DNA of 64,000 nucleotides from an uncultured Actinomycetes bacterium (GCA_963725795.1 CAVRZR010000003.1:112362-176361); one strand, 5' to 3'. Shown: positions 30,261 through 38,803, counted from the first letter of the stretch. The notes: generated by a model not told the origin, from the sequence alone. Numbers and translations: made by a program.

Positions 30261-31694
30261 GTGCAAGAGGGGCGTTTCGATCTGGTGGTGCTCGGCTCCG
30301 GCTCGGCTGGTCTGACCGCAGCGCTCGTGGCCCGCGGTCTGGGCGCCAGCGTCGCAATCGTGGAGCGCGGACGGCTGGGTGGCGAATGCACGTGGCGCGG
30401 CTGCGTGCCGAGCAAGACGCTGCTCGCTGCGGCGCGCGCCGCTTCGACTGCGGGGCGGCTCGGCCGGTTCGGCCTCGCGTTCGAGTCGACGGGGGAGATG
30501 GACACCACTGGAGTGATGGCCCACGTGCGTTCTGTGAGCGCGAAGGTCGGCGAGCACGAATCCGCCGAGGTCCTCTCCGGCTACGGCATCGAAGTCTTCA
30601 CAGGCGACGCTCGCCTTGCGGGACCAGGTGAGGTCGAGGTGGGCGACCAGCGACTGACCGCCCGTCGCATCGTTATCGCCACCGGTTCCCGGTCGTTCCT
30701 GCCTTCAGTGCCGGGGCTCGACGATTCGACGGCGCTCACGTCTGACACGTTGTGGGACATCGACGCGCTGCCGCGCAGTCTCGCGATCGTGGGCGGAGGA
30801 CCGGTGGCCGTCGAGATGGCCTCCGCGTTCACGCGCCTGGGAACTCGCGTGACGTTGCTCGTAAGGTCCCAGCTGCTGCGAGCCGAGGAGCCAGAGATGG
30901 TGGAGCGGCTCCGGGCGGTGCTGGAGTCGCAGGGCGTGCAGATCGAGACGGGCATATCGCTCGAGCGCGTCGAACGCCGCGGCGAGGGGGTCGTCCTCAG
31001 CGGAGGCGGCAAGACATTCGAGGTCGAGCGACTCCTCGTCGCCGCCGGACGCGTCCCGGTCATGCCCGACGGACTAGACGTCGCTGGGGTCGAGTTCGAC
31101 GAGCACGGCATCACTACCGACAACCACATGCGGACCACGGCTCGCCACATCTACGCCGCCGGAGACGTCACGGGTCCCTATCGTTTCACGCACGCCGCCG
31201 AGCGCGAGGGGATCGCGGCGGCCACGAACGCGCTCTTGCCCGTCGGACGCACGGTCGAGTGGGACGACATTCTCTGGGTCCTGTTCGCCGAGCCCGAGCT
31301 GGCGCATCTCGGCATGACCGAGGATCAGGCAAGAGCCGTCCACGGGGACGACATCGAAGTGCGCCGCTACGAGTTCTCGAAACAAGACCGCGCTCGAGCC
31401 GAGGCCGTGACGGACGGCTTGGCCAAGTACGTGCTCGATCGCCGTGGGCGTATCCTCGGCGCGCACATTCTCGGCGAGCGAGCGGGCGAGCTCATCCACG
31501 AGGCCGCGATCCTGCTCCACAACGACCTGCCCCTGTCCTCGCTGTCCTCGGTGCTCCATGCGTATCCGACCTTCGCCGACGCGGTGAAGCGGCCAGCCGA
31601 CGCGGAATACGCGCAACACCTCCGAGGCAACCCCGCGGTGCGAGGCGCGTTGCGAATCCTGGTGGGGCACAACGACTTCAGGGCCGAGCCGTGA
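30261..31694 (+). CDS. FAD-dependent pyridine nucleotide-disulfide oxidoreductase (dihydrolipoyl dehydrogenase / mercuric reductase class)
   Basis: ORF 30261..31694. Motifs DLVVLGSGSAG, redox-active GGECTWRGCVPSK, IVGGGPVAVE, AAGDV and the C-terminal interface motif HAYPTFAD. Confidence 0.85.
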   Translation: MQEGRFDLVVLGSGSAGLTAALVARGLGASVAIVERGRLGGECTWRGCVPSKTLLAAARAASTAGRLGRFGLAFESTGEMDTTGVMAHVRSVSAKVGEHESAEVLSGYGIEVFTGDARLAGPGEVEVGDQRLTARRIVIATGSRSFLPSVPGLDDSTALTSDTLWDIDALPRSLAIVGGGPVAVEMASAFTRLGTRVTLLVRSQLLRAEEPEMVERLRAVLESQGVQIETGISLERVERRGEGVVLSGGGKTFEVERLLVAAGRVPVMPDGLDVAGVEFDEHGITTDNHMRTTARHIYAAGDVTGPYRFTHAAEREGIAAATNALLPVGRTVEWDDILWVLFAEPELAHLGMTEDQARAVHGDDIEVRRYEFSKQDRARAEAVTDGLAKYVLDRRGRILGAHILGERAGELIHEAAILLHNDLPLSSLSSVLHAYPTFADAVKRPADAEYAQHLRGNPAVRGALRILVGHNDFRAEP

Positions 31695-32290
31695 CGCGCG
31701 CGCGCAGACAGCAGCCCGTCGTCGCCATCATGGCCCGGTTCCCCAGACCAGGCGAAGTGAAGACGCGACTGGTTCCCGTCTTGGGAGCGTGACGGCGCGG
31801 CGGCTCTGCACCGCGAGATGGCCGCCCATTGCGTCGCGCGAATGCGGCCCCTGCATGCAAGCGGGGACGCGCGCGTCGAAGTGCATGTGGAGGGTGGCTC
31901 GGCTCGCGCCGTACGCCGATGGCTCGGCGACTGGCCGCACTTCGTGTCGCAGACAGAGGGGGACCTCGGCGATCGGCTGCGAGCGGCGCTCGCCGCGGCC
32001 ATTGCTGCCGGCGCTCCTGCGGCAGTAGTCCTTGGCTCGGACTGTCCAGAGGCGCGCGCGACGCACGTGCGCGCCGCGCTGCGGCAACTCGCGACGCACG
32101 ACGTGGTGATCGGTCCCGCACACGACGGCGGCTACTGGCTCTTGGGGATCAGCGCCGAGGCTGCGCCGATGGCGCTGCCCGAGCTGTTCGAAGGGATCGT
32201 TTGGGGCGGAAGCGAGGTGTTCGGTGACACGATGCGCCGCGCCCGAGCTGCCTCTCTGAAGGTCGCGGTCGCGGATCGTCTCGCCGATGT
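31691..32290 (+). CDS. DUF2064 / TIGR04282-like glycosyltransferase-fold protein, frame disrupted, 3' end uncertain
   Basis: GTG 31691 overlaps the upstream TGA. AIMARFPRPGEVKTRLVPVLGA is in one frame, then GAAALHREMAAHCV...VLGSDCPE...GPAHDGGYWLLG in ORF 31818... The shift is at 31790. The reading frame has no stop before it overlaps the next gene, so the end is not defined. Confidence 0.6.
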
Positions 32291-33018
32291 GGATCGGCCA
32301 GACGACCTTCCGGTTTGGAGCGCCGAGCGCGAGCGGGAGCGCACGCCGCCCGACGTCGGTTTCGGTCGTCATACCCGCGCTCGACGAGGCCGGCGGCGTC
32401 GGCGCGGCGGTGAGCAGCGCTCTCGAGGGAGGCGCGTGCGAGGTGATCGTGGTCGACGGGGGCAGCACCGACCGCACGCGCGAGATAGCGGCGGCGGCCG
32501 GTGCGCGCGTGATCGAAGCGCCCCGCGGGCGGGCAGGCCAGATGAACGCTGGAGCCGCTGAGGCCAAAGGCGAGGCGTTGGTGTTCTTGCACGCCGACAC
32601 GAGATTGCCGGCCTCCTCGGCAGCTCTCGTACGCGACGCGCTCGGAGTCGAAGGGACGAGCGGCGGCGCCTTCCGATGGGGAACGGACGACACGCCTCTG
32701 GCGGCGCTCTTCAACTTCGCTGGTCTGACGCGCCTCGCTGTCTTCCGTGTGCCTTATGGCGACCAGGCGCTGTTCTGCGCACGAAGAACCTTCGAGGATC
32801 TGGGAGGGTACCCGTTGCAGCCCGTGATGGAGGACTGGGAGCTGGCCAGGAGCCTGTTGCGTCTGGGTTCAGTGCCCATCTTGCGTGAGTGTGTGCTCAC
32901 ATCCAGCCGCCGATGGAACCGGGCTGGTGTTGTCCGTGCGACGGCGACCTACCTGGCCATCATCGCGGGATATCGGCTGGGCGTCGATCCGGCGGTGCTC
33001 GACGGCTGGCGACCGTGA
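32287..33018 (+). CDS. GT2 glycosyltransferase, TIGR04283-like
   Basis: ORF 32287..33018. Motifs VVIPALDEAG, VIVVDGGSTDRT, RGRAGQMNAGA, FLHADTRLP and YGDQALF. Confidence 0.75.
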   Translation: MWIGQTTFRFGAPSASGSARRPTSVSVVIPALDEAGGVGAAVSSALEGGACEVIVVDGGSTDRTREIAAAAGARVIEAPRGRAGQMNAGAAEAKGEALVFLHADTRLPASSAALVRDALGVEGTSGGAFRWGTDDTPLAALFNFAGLTRLAVFRVPYGDQALFCARRTFEDLGGYPLQPVMEDWELARSLLRLGSVPILRECVLTSSRRWNRAGVVRATATYLAIIAGYRLGVDPAVLDGWRP

Positions 33019-33032
33019 CAAGGGAGCGACTC

Positions 33033-33761
33033 ATGCAAGCAGCGGAGATAACCCAGTCGGTCGTCGAGCGCTTTTCCCGTGTGGCACTCGGCATCGACGC
33101 CGGCTTCGGCGTCTGGACGGGGAACCGGTGCGCCGAGTATCTCGGCTACGGCGACGTGCTCGACGACATCCCGCTCGTCTCGCTCGAGTCGTTCGTTGGG
33201 GTCGGGAACCCGGCCTCGTTCGCAGGGCTGGTTCCGGGCGAGCGAGTACTCGATGTCGGCTGCGGCGGCGGCCTCGATGCTTTTGTAGCTGCCGCAGCGG
33301 TAGGACCCGAAGGCGAGGTCGTCGGTGTGGATATCACGCCGGAGATGATCGAGCGGGCGCAGGAGGGCGCCATGGCGCGCTCATCGTCGGTACGGTTCCT
33401 CCTTGCGGACGCCGCCGAACACTTGCCCTTCGAGGACGCGAGCTTCGATGTCGCTCAGTCGAACGGCTGCCTCAACCTGTCGCCTCACAAGCGTGAACTG
33501 CTCACCGAGGTCCATCGTGTGCTTCGTCCCGGCGGCCGTCTTGCGTTGTGCGATGCCGTCATGAAGCCGGAGAGGGCTGCCGAGGTATCCGCCGATCCCG
33601 ACAACTGGTCGCTTTGAATCTCAGGGGCTCTGCCGGCGGCAGAGTTGAAAGCGATGCTCGAGGCCGTCGGGTTCCTTGCCGAGCAGATCGACGAGCGGCG
33701 CAACCCGCGCAACGACTACACCAGGTGGGCGTCGTTCCTCGCGACGAAGCGCTGGGATTGA
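33033..33761 (+). CDS. ArsM/AS3MT-like SAM-dependent methyltransferase with in-frame TGA (candidate Sec) at 33615-33617
   Basis: ATG 33033 follows AAGGGAG. SAM motif VLDVGCGGGLD and SNGCLNLSP. The ORF track stops at TGA 33615-33617, but the same frame continues as ISGALPAAELKAMLEAVGF...KRWD to TGA 33759-33761. The context NWSL-TGA-ISGAL matches the LWGECLGGAL As-binding Cys region of AS3MT. Confidence 0.7.
33626..33646 (+). other. SECIS-like hairpin 8 nt downstream of the ArsM-like UGA
   Basis: GG-CTCTGCC-GGC-GGCAGAG-TT: a perfect 7-bp stem plus two G-U pairs and a G-rich apical loop. The loop begins 20 nt after the U of UGA. Confidence 0.5.
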
Positions 33762-33783
33762 GTCAGGCGGCGGACCGGACCGG

Positions 33784-34725
33784 TCACAGCAGCGCGCCGT
33801 TTCAACTCGAGCCTGCGCCGGCCGTGCAGCCGAAGCAGTGAGGTCCGTTGACTATCCTGCGCGTCGCGAGGCTCTCCGCGTCGAATTCCCACACGGTCTG
33901 AGCATCTCCCAAGACGGGTCTTCCCATGCCGAGGTTGAAGTCGCAGTCGTAGAGCCGCCCGTCCCAGCCGACCTCGACCTGGTGCCTGCACTGCAGCAAC
34001 GGGACTACATCCGGATTGAACGCTTCTTTCAAACCCCGCATGTAGCGGTCGTAGCCGCCCTCGGCGGCCAGACGGTCGCCGAACCGGCCGACCGGCATGT
34101 TCGTCATCGTGAGCAGATGCGTGAAGACGACACCGAACCGCTCCTCGAGTTCCTCGCGGAATAGCGCTTCCAGCGCCTCTTGAGGCTCGGGCAGCGTCGT
34201 TCCGACGGGATTGTAGATGAGGTCGAGCCGCAGTCCGCCTTCCGTGCCATAGCCGAGCTCGTTGAGAGTGAGCAGCGTTTGCACGCTCACATCGCGGACG
34301 CCCGGGCCCCTGATCGCACTGACGTTGCGTTCGGTGTAGCAGGGCATGGACGCCAACAGCTCGATCCCGGATGAGGCGTAGGCCTCGCCTAGGGCGGCGT
34401 ACCGGGGGTCTGCGAGCACCGTGAGGTTCGTGCGGAGTTGCACCCGGTGCCCGTCGGCCCGTAGCGCGCGAAGGAAGGGGAGAAGGTGTGGATTGAGTTC
34501 CGGGGCACCGCCGGTGATATCGACGACCGAGGGACGGATGTCCGAGGCCACTTCGGCCACTCGCCACATAGTCTCGAGGTCCATCATCTCCGTGCGCGAA
34601 GGCGAGCTGCTCACATGGCAGTGCGCGCAGGCCTGATTGCACTGGAGCGTGACGCTGACAACGAGGGCATGCAGGTCCATCCCCCGAAGCGCCCGCCCGT
34701 CCTCGAGAGAAGACCCGCGACTCAA
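33784..34725 (-). CDS. arsS: Arsenosugar-type radical SAM protein ArsS (TIGR04167-like), candidate Sec near the C-terminus
   Basis: ORF 33802..34725(-). Motifs CNQACAHCHV and the C-terminal Cys-rich domain ...GPHCFGCTAGAGSS. It then reads TGA (33802-33804) followed in frame by NGALL and a second TGA (33784-33786). This family is annotated as a radical SAM (seleno)protein. The start codon is uncertain (TTG 34725). Confidence 0.75.
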
Positions 34726-34814
34726 GGTCGTTCATCTGCGCCGCTATCCGGCCGGCGGCGTCTCGCGGCCGCGCCGGCTGTTGGGATTGGGGCAGGTTAC
34801 TCGAGCCGCAGTCC

Positions 34815-36155
34815 TCATGGAGCCATCGGAGGGTCTTGCCCGGGGACAGGCTGCTCCCCGGGAGGTGCAGGTGCCGGTGCCGGCATGGTCGGCGCGGGTG
34901 CCGAGTCCGTAGGCACGGGTGCTGCTCCCGGTGCAGTAGGCATTGGCGCCGGCGGCGCGTAGTACGGCTGAACAGGTTGCGGGACTGCGTAGACCTGCTC
35001 GGCGGGCGGCTGCGTTCGAGTAGTGCGGCCCCACAGCGCAAGGGCAGTCGCTCCTGTCCCGATCGTGACCGCTGCAAATCCGAGCAGCCAGCCGACGAAC
35101 GGCACCGCCCCAACGACCCAGATGACGATGATGCCAAGCCCCATCGCAAACACCGGGTGCCACTTCGCATGCATCCATCCCAGGACGGTCCTGCCGAGTG
35201 CGAGACCGCCCACGATCATCCCTACCAACGCGAGCAGCCAAACCGCCGCGAGCAAAACGAACGCGATCCACCACCCGCCGACCAAGAGGCCCAAGAAGAA
35301 GACGCTGGCTGCCACCGGCCACACGGCAAATAGCAGCGCGAAGCCGATTCCCAGACTCAGCCAAGGACGCGCCACGAGCACGTCGGACGCAATCACGGCG
35401 CCGCCCCGCCCGAGGAAGACAACGGCGATACCGAGGAGCAGCACGCCTATCAGGCCGCGGATCCATCCGAGCACGGCCAAGAAGGCACCGAGCGCCGGAC
35501 TCGGCGCGCGGCGCGTCGTGCGGATGATCGGCTCGTGGCGCGTTGTCTGTCCCGCCACCTGGCCCTGCACGTCAGCCTGCCGGCGGCTGGTGTAGTCCAG
35601 GTCCCCGTCGATGCTGCCGGAGGAGGTGACAGTGACCTTATCGACCTCGGCGGTCACGTCGCCTCCGACCGAGGATGCGATCGTAAGCGAGTTCGCTCCG
35701 GCGAGAACGTTGCGACCGACCGGTCCTTCCAGCGAGACAGTCTGACCTGCGACCAGCGCGTCTCGACCCACCGAGCCGTCCCCGGTCACTCTCACCGTCG
35801 CCCCAGCGAGCATCACGTCCTCGGCGACGCTGCCCCCGATCTCGACGTCTTGGCCCGCGGCCCGGACGGCGTCCGCAACCGAGCCGGTGATCTGCACGGT
35901 CTGTCCGGACGCGACGACCGTCCCGTTGACATCGCCGGAGATCGAGATGGTCTGGCCGAAGGCGAACACGTCGCCATCGACCGTCGCTGGTACGTCGATG
36001 CTGGTGCCGAAGAGGAACAGATCGTCGGAAACAGGGTCGGAAACGACGACGTTCGTGCCAGTCCGCTGTTCGAACGCGAGAGCTTGGCTTGGGGCGACCA
36101 GTGCGAGGAGCGCGATCGCCGCTACCCCTAGGGAGCAGAGTCGGAATCGTGTCAT
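34815..36155 (-). CDS. Exported bactofilin-like (polymer-forming beta-helix repeat) domain fused to a multi-TM region and a Pro-rich tail
   Basis: ORF 34815..36212(-). ATG 36153-36155 follows GGAGGTGG. Signal peptide, repeated G(D/S)V...G stretches, about 6 TM helices, and a C-terminal PAP-rich tail. Confidence 0.65.
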   Translation of the reverse strand: MTRFRLCSLGVAAIALLALVAPSQALAFEQRTGTNVVVSDPVSDDLFLFGTSIDVPATVDGDVFAFGQTISISGDVNGTVVASGQTVQITGSVADAVRAAGQDVEIGGSVAEDVMLAGATVRVTGDGSVGRDALVAGQTVSLEGPVGRNVLAGANSLTIASSVGGDVTAEVDKVTVTSSGSIDGDLDYTSRRQADVQGQVAGQTTRHEPIIRTTRRAPSPALGAFLAVLGWIRGLIGVLLLGIAVVFLGRGGAVIASDVLVARPWLSLGIGFALLFAVWPVAASVFFLGLLVGGWWIAFVLLAAVWLLALVGMIVGGLALGRTVLGWMHAKWHPVFAMGLGIIVIWVVGAVPFVGWLLGFAAVTIGTGATALALWGRTTRTQPPAEQVYAVPQPVQPYYAPPAPMPTAPGAAPVPTDSAPAPTMPAPAPAPPGEQPVPGQDPPMAP

Positions 36156-36393
36156 GGTGATCCACCTCCACGCGGGGCGGCTCAGCGACGGGCGCATCGT
36201 GCCTGAGCACAAGGCGCAACCGAACCGTCCCGATGCAAGCCGGACGAGCGGGTTGCGTACTGGAGATAGGTACCCTACTTGCGCCGGTAGGATTCGCCTC
36301 GGCAGCGGGACTCAGGATCGCGCCGCAGGTAAGGCGCCTTTCCTCGGCCCAGTGATCGCCCGACGGCGAACGCGGATCAGAACGCGGCGCCTC

Positions 36394-38514
36394 TTATCCC
36401 GCACGCCTCAACGTTGCTAGCGCGCGTAGCAGTGTGCGCGTTCCGGCACTGCCGAAGTCGATCGTAACGCTGTCTTCGCCGGAGGCGATCACGACGCCGG
36501 CGCCCCAGCTCGCGTGGAAGACGCGGTCGCCCACTCCGAGCAGGTCTGTCGTGCCGACTTCGGAGGTCTCCATGTGTTGAACGGAGCCCAGCTCCTCGAG
36601 GAACCGAGTCGCGACGGCCTTCTTCGGGCTTTCGAGCTCGTCGGCGAGCTTGGAGACGGAGCGCGCGAGGCTGGCTACGACGTTGTCGCCCAGTTCCAGC
36701 ACGTCAGCCGGGTTCAGGCGTCGGACGATGTAGAGCCGCAGGGCGCTTCGCACGGCATCGAAGGCCCGCGCGAGCACCAGCGCTCCGCCGGGGCCCGCCG
36801 CCGCAAGGCAGCAGATGGCCGCCTCCGTTTGGCTGGAGCGACGGTTCGCGGTAAGGATGACCACCGCCGAGCCCACCAGCGAGTCGTCCGAATCGCTGAT
36901 CGCATCCGATGCGTTCTTGCGGATGGACTCGGTGATTCGGTCGGTGATCGCGACCAGGCACGCATTCATGACCGTGACCGTGGTCTCCGCATCCGCAGGG
37001 GCCCGCCAGGTGAAGGCGTCGAGCACCGCACCGGCGGCTTCGGCCGACAGACTCGATCCTTCATGGATCGCCTGTGCGACGAGCGGGGCGAAGGTCTTCG
37101 CGTTGACCTTGAGCCACGTGGCGAGTCGGGCGACAGACTCTGCGTCTTCGGCCACCAGAAGGCGCAGTGCCACCGCGTCCTCGAGTCCGGCTGCCTCTGT
37201 GCTGCCGGCTAGAACAGCGCCTGAGCCGGCAGTAGCGAGATCCAGGTTGAGCATTGCGTTACCTCCTCGGTTGGCGGAGCGGCCCTTGGCCACCGCCTTG
37301 TCGAGACGAGTACCGTGCGGGCGCTCGGTTGACGGCGCCTTCACCAGCTGGGGAAATGCGGCCAGCACCATGTCGACGAGCTGGTCGACAGGGCGCGTGA
37401 GAGCGTCGGTGGCCGGGATGCCGAGTTCGAGCTCGTACAGCGCGATCGCCGCGCTGACCTCGGCGTCGGACATCTCTTCGTGATTGACAGTCAGGCCGAT
37501 GACCCGGGTGTCGGAGAAGGTCTCGATGAGACGGATCTCGCTGGCGGGGTCCGGCATCGGGGCGTCCGGGAAGTCGGCACGTGTGCGACGTGCGGGGGCA
37601 TGCTGCAGGATCACGCCCTGGGGCTGGCTGCCGCGCAATATGAAGCCCGACGTCAGGTAGGCCGGATGACTCAGCGCACCCTGGCCCTCGATGACGATCA
37701 CGTCCGGCTTCACCGCTTCGTAGGCCTCGACGACCGTGGCTTCCATCTCACCGGCGCAGAACTGAGATGGGACGGCGTCGAGCGCAACCGCGTGACGGGC
37801 GCCTTGGATGAGGCCGGTTTGTCCCGTCGCAACCAAGACGGTCTTGATGCCGCGCTCGTTGAGCGCTCGCGTGAGTATCGTCGCCGTGGTGCGCTTTCCG
37901 ATCGCGCAGTCCGTGCCCATGACCGCGATGCGGGGGCAAGCGACCGTCGCGATGCGGCCGCTGAACGTTCGCAGGTCCCTCTTGCCGCGCGGACGGCGCA
38001 CATCCAGGATCGTCACGTCGTGTTTGTCGCTTGCCGCCGAGAACTCCGGGTCGTCGCCGAGGAACTCGTGAAGGCCGCTCACGACGTGCATACCACGCGC
38101 CATAGCGTCGAGTATCACGCCACGCTCGGCTTTCGAGAGCATACCGCTGGCCGGCGCGATCCCGTAGATCAGATAGTCGGGGACGCACCCTGCCAGTGCG
38201 ATCGCGTGCTCGAGGTCGGTGCAGATCGGCACGCCTTCGGACTTGTGACCGAGCACCTCATGGGCGTCGAGGCCCGACTGTGAGCTGTCGATCACCGAGA
38301 GGATCTCGTATCTCTCGGAGTGGCGTACCAGGCCGTTGGCGGTCTTTCCGTCGACAGCACCGAAGTTAGCTTCGCAGTAGACGATTGCAGTGCTTCGCGC
38401 GGGCGCAGGGGCGGGGAGTGGGGCGCGCGGCGGCGACAGAACCGTGAGCGCAGGCGCCGCGGGAGTGGGCGCCGAATGGAACGATCTGGTAGAAGTGGAA
38501 TGGACTTGAGCCAC
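36394..38514 (-). CDS. DUF1611 (DgcN-like) family protein, copy 2, fused to a C-terminal extension of about 300 aa
   Basis: ORF 36394..38514(-), 706 aa, with GTG start after GAGGAG. Residues about 40-400 are colinear with copy 1 (IVYCEANFGAVDGKTANGLVRHSERYEI, VMGTDCAIGKRTT). The extension ends with GDRVFHASWGAGVVIASGEDSVTIDFGSAGTRTLL. Confidence 0.75.
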   Translation of the reverse strand: MAQVHSTSTRSFHSAPTPAAPALTVLSPPRAPLPAPAPARSTAIVYCEANFGAVDGKTANGLVRHSERYEILSVIDSSQSGLDAHEVLGHKSEGVPICTDLEHAIALAGCVPDYLIYGIAPASGMLSKAERGVILDAMARGMHVVSGLHEFLGDDPEFSAASDKHDVTILDVRRPRGKRDLRTFSGRIATVACPRIAVMGTDCAIGKRTTATILTRALNERGIKTVLVATGQTGLIQGARHAVALDAVPSQFCAGEMEATVVEAYEAVKPDVIVIEGQGALSHPAYLTSGFILRGSQPQGVILQHAPARRTRADFPDAPMPDPASEIRLIETFSDTRVIGLTVNHEEMSDAEVSAAIALYELELGIPATDALTRPVDQLVDMVLAAFPQLVKAPSTERPHGTRLDKAVAKGRSANRGGNAMLNLDLATAGSGAVLAGSTEAAGLEDAVALRLLVAEDAESVARLATWLKVNAKTFAPLVAQAIHEGSSLSAEAAGAVLDAFTWRAPADAETTVTVMNACLVAITDRITESIRKNASDAISDSDDSLVGSAVVILTANRRSSQTEAAICCLAAAGPGGALVLARAFDAVRSALRLYIVRRLNPADVLELGDNVVASLARSVSKLADELESPKKAVATRFLEELGSVQHMETSEVGTTDLLGVGDRVFHASWGAGVVIASGEDSVTIDFGSAGTRTLLRALATLRRAG

Positions 38515-38734
38515 AGAGCACTCCTCGAGTCAGGCTCAAAGGAGTGGGCCGATGAACCGCGGCCAAGTCCAAGGAACGATGAATAAAGCGTCGGTGCCGA
38601 CATCGGCAGCGGTCTCCAGTCTACCATGCCGGCCCAAGGAGCCCGTTCGTTACTCCTCAAGCCCGATGCCGGGGTGCGAGCCATCACGATGAGATGAACC
38701 CCGCGCGGAGCGGTGCTTGGCCCGAGAGGTCGAC

Positions 38735-38785
38735 ATACATAGAACAGTCATGTATAGTTCTGCTATGTATGGCGGCTCTATGTAT
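38735..38785. promoter_or_regulatory. Phased hexamer array upstream of the PadR gene (candidate operator)
   Basis: ATACAT (38735), ATGTAT (38750), ATGTAT (38765) and ATGTAT (38780) are spaced exactly 15 bp apart. The first hexamer is the inverted complement of the others. The array ends 18 nt before ATG 38804. Confidence 0.5.
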
Positions 38786-38803
38786 TCGCGAGTAGGTCAG
38801 TCC

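Noticed and set aside
31785-31795. prfB-style programmed +1 frameshift (GCG UGA C read as Ala then GAC) in the DUF2064 gene
   Set aside because: The local pattern matches. However, the other +1-type breaks checked (xfp, ACD, MenG-like and others) show no stop codon at the shift site and no shared motif I could see. A general insertion artefact is more parsimonious.
33716-35170. 484-aa minus-strand ORF, and 34744..35466
   Set aside because: These are alternative frames of ArsS and of the bactofilin-like gene. Their translations are Arg/Pro-rich with no motifs, whereas the chosen frames have the CxxxCxxC and beta-helix/TM features.
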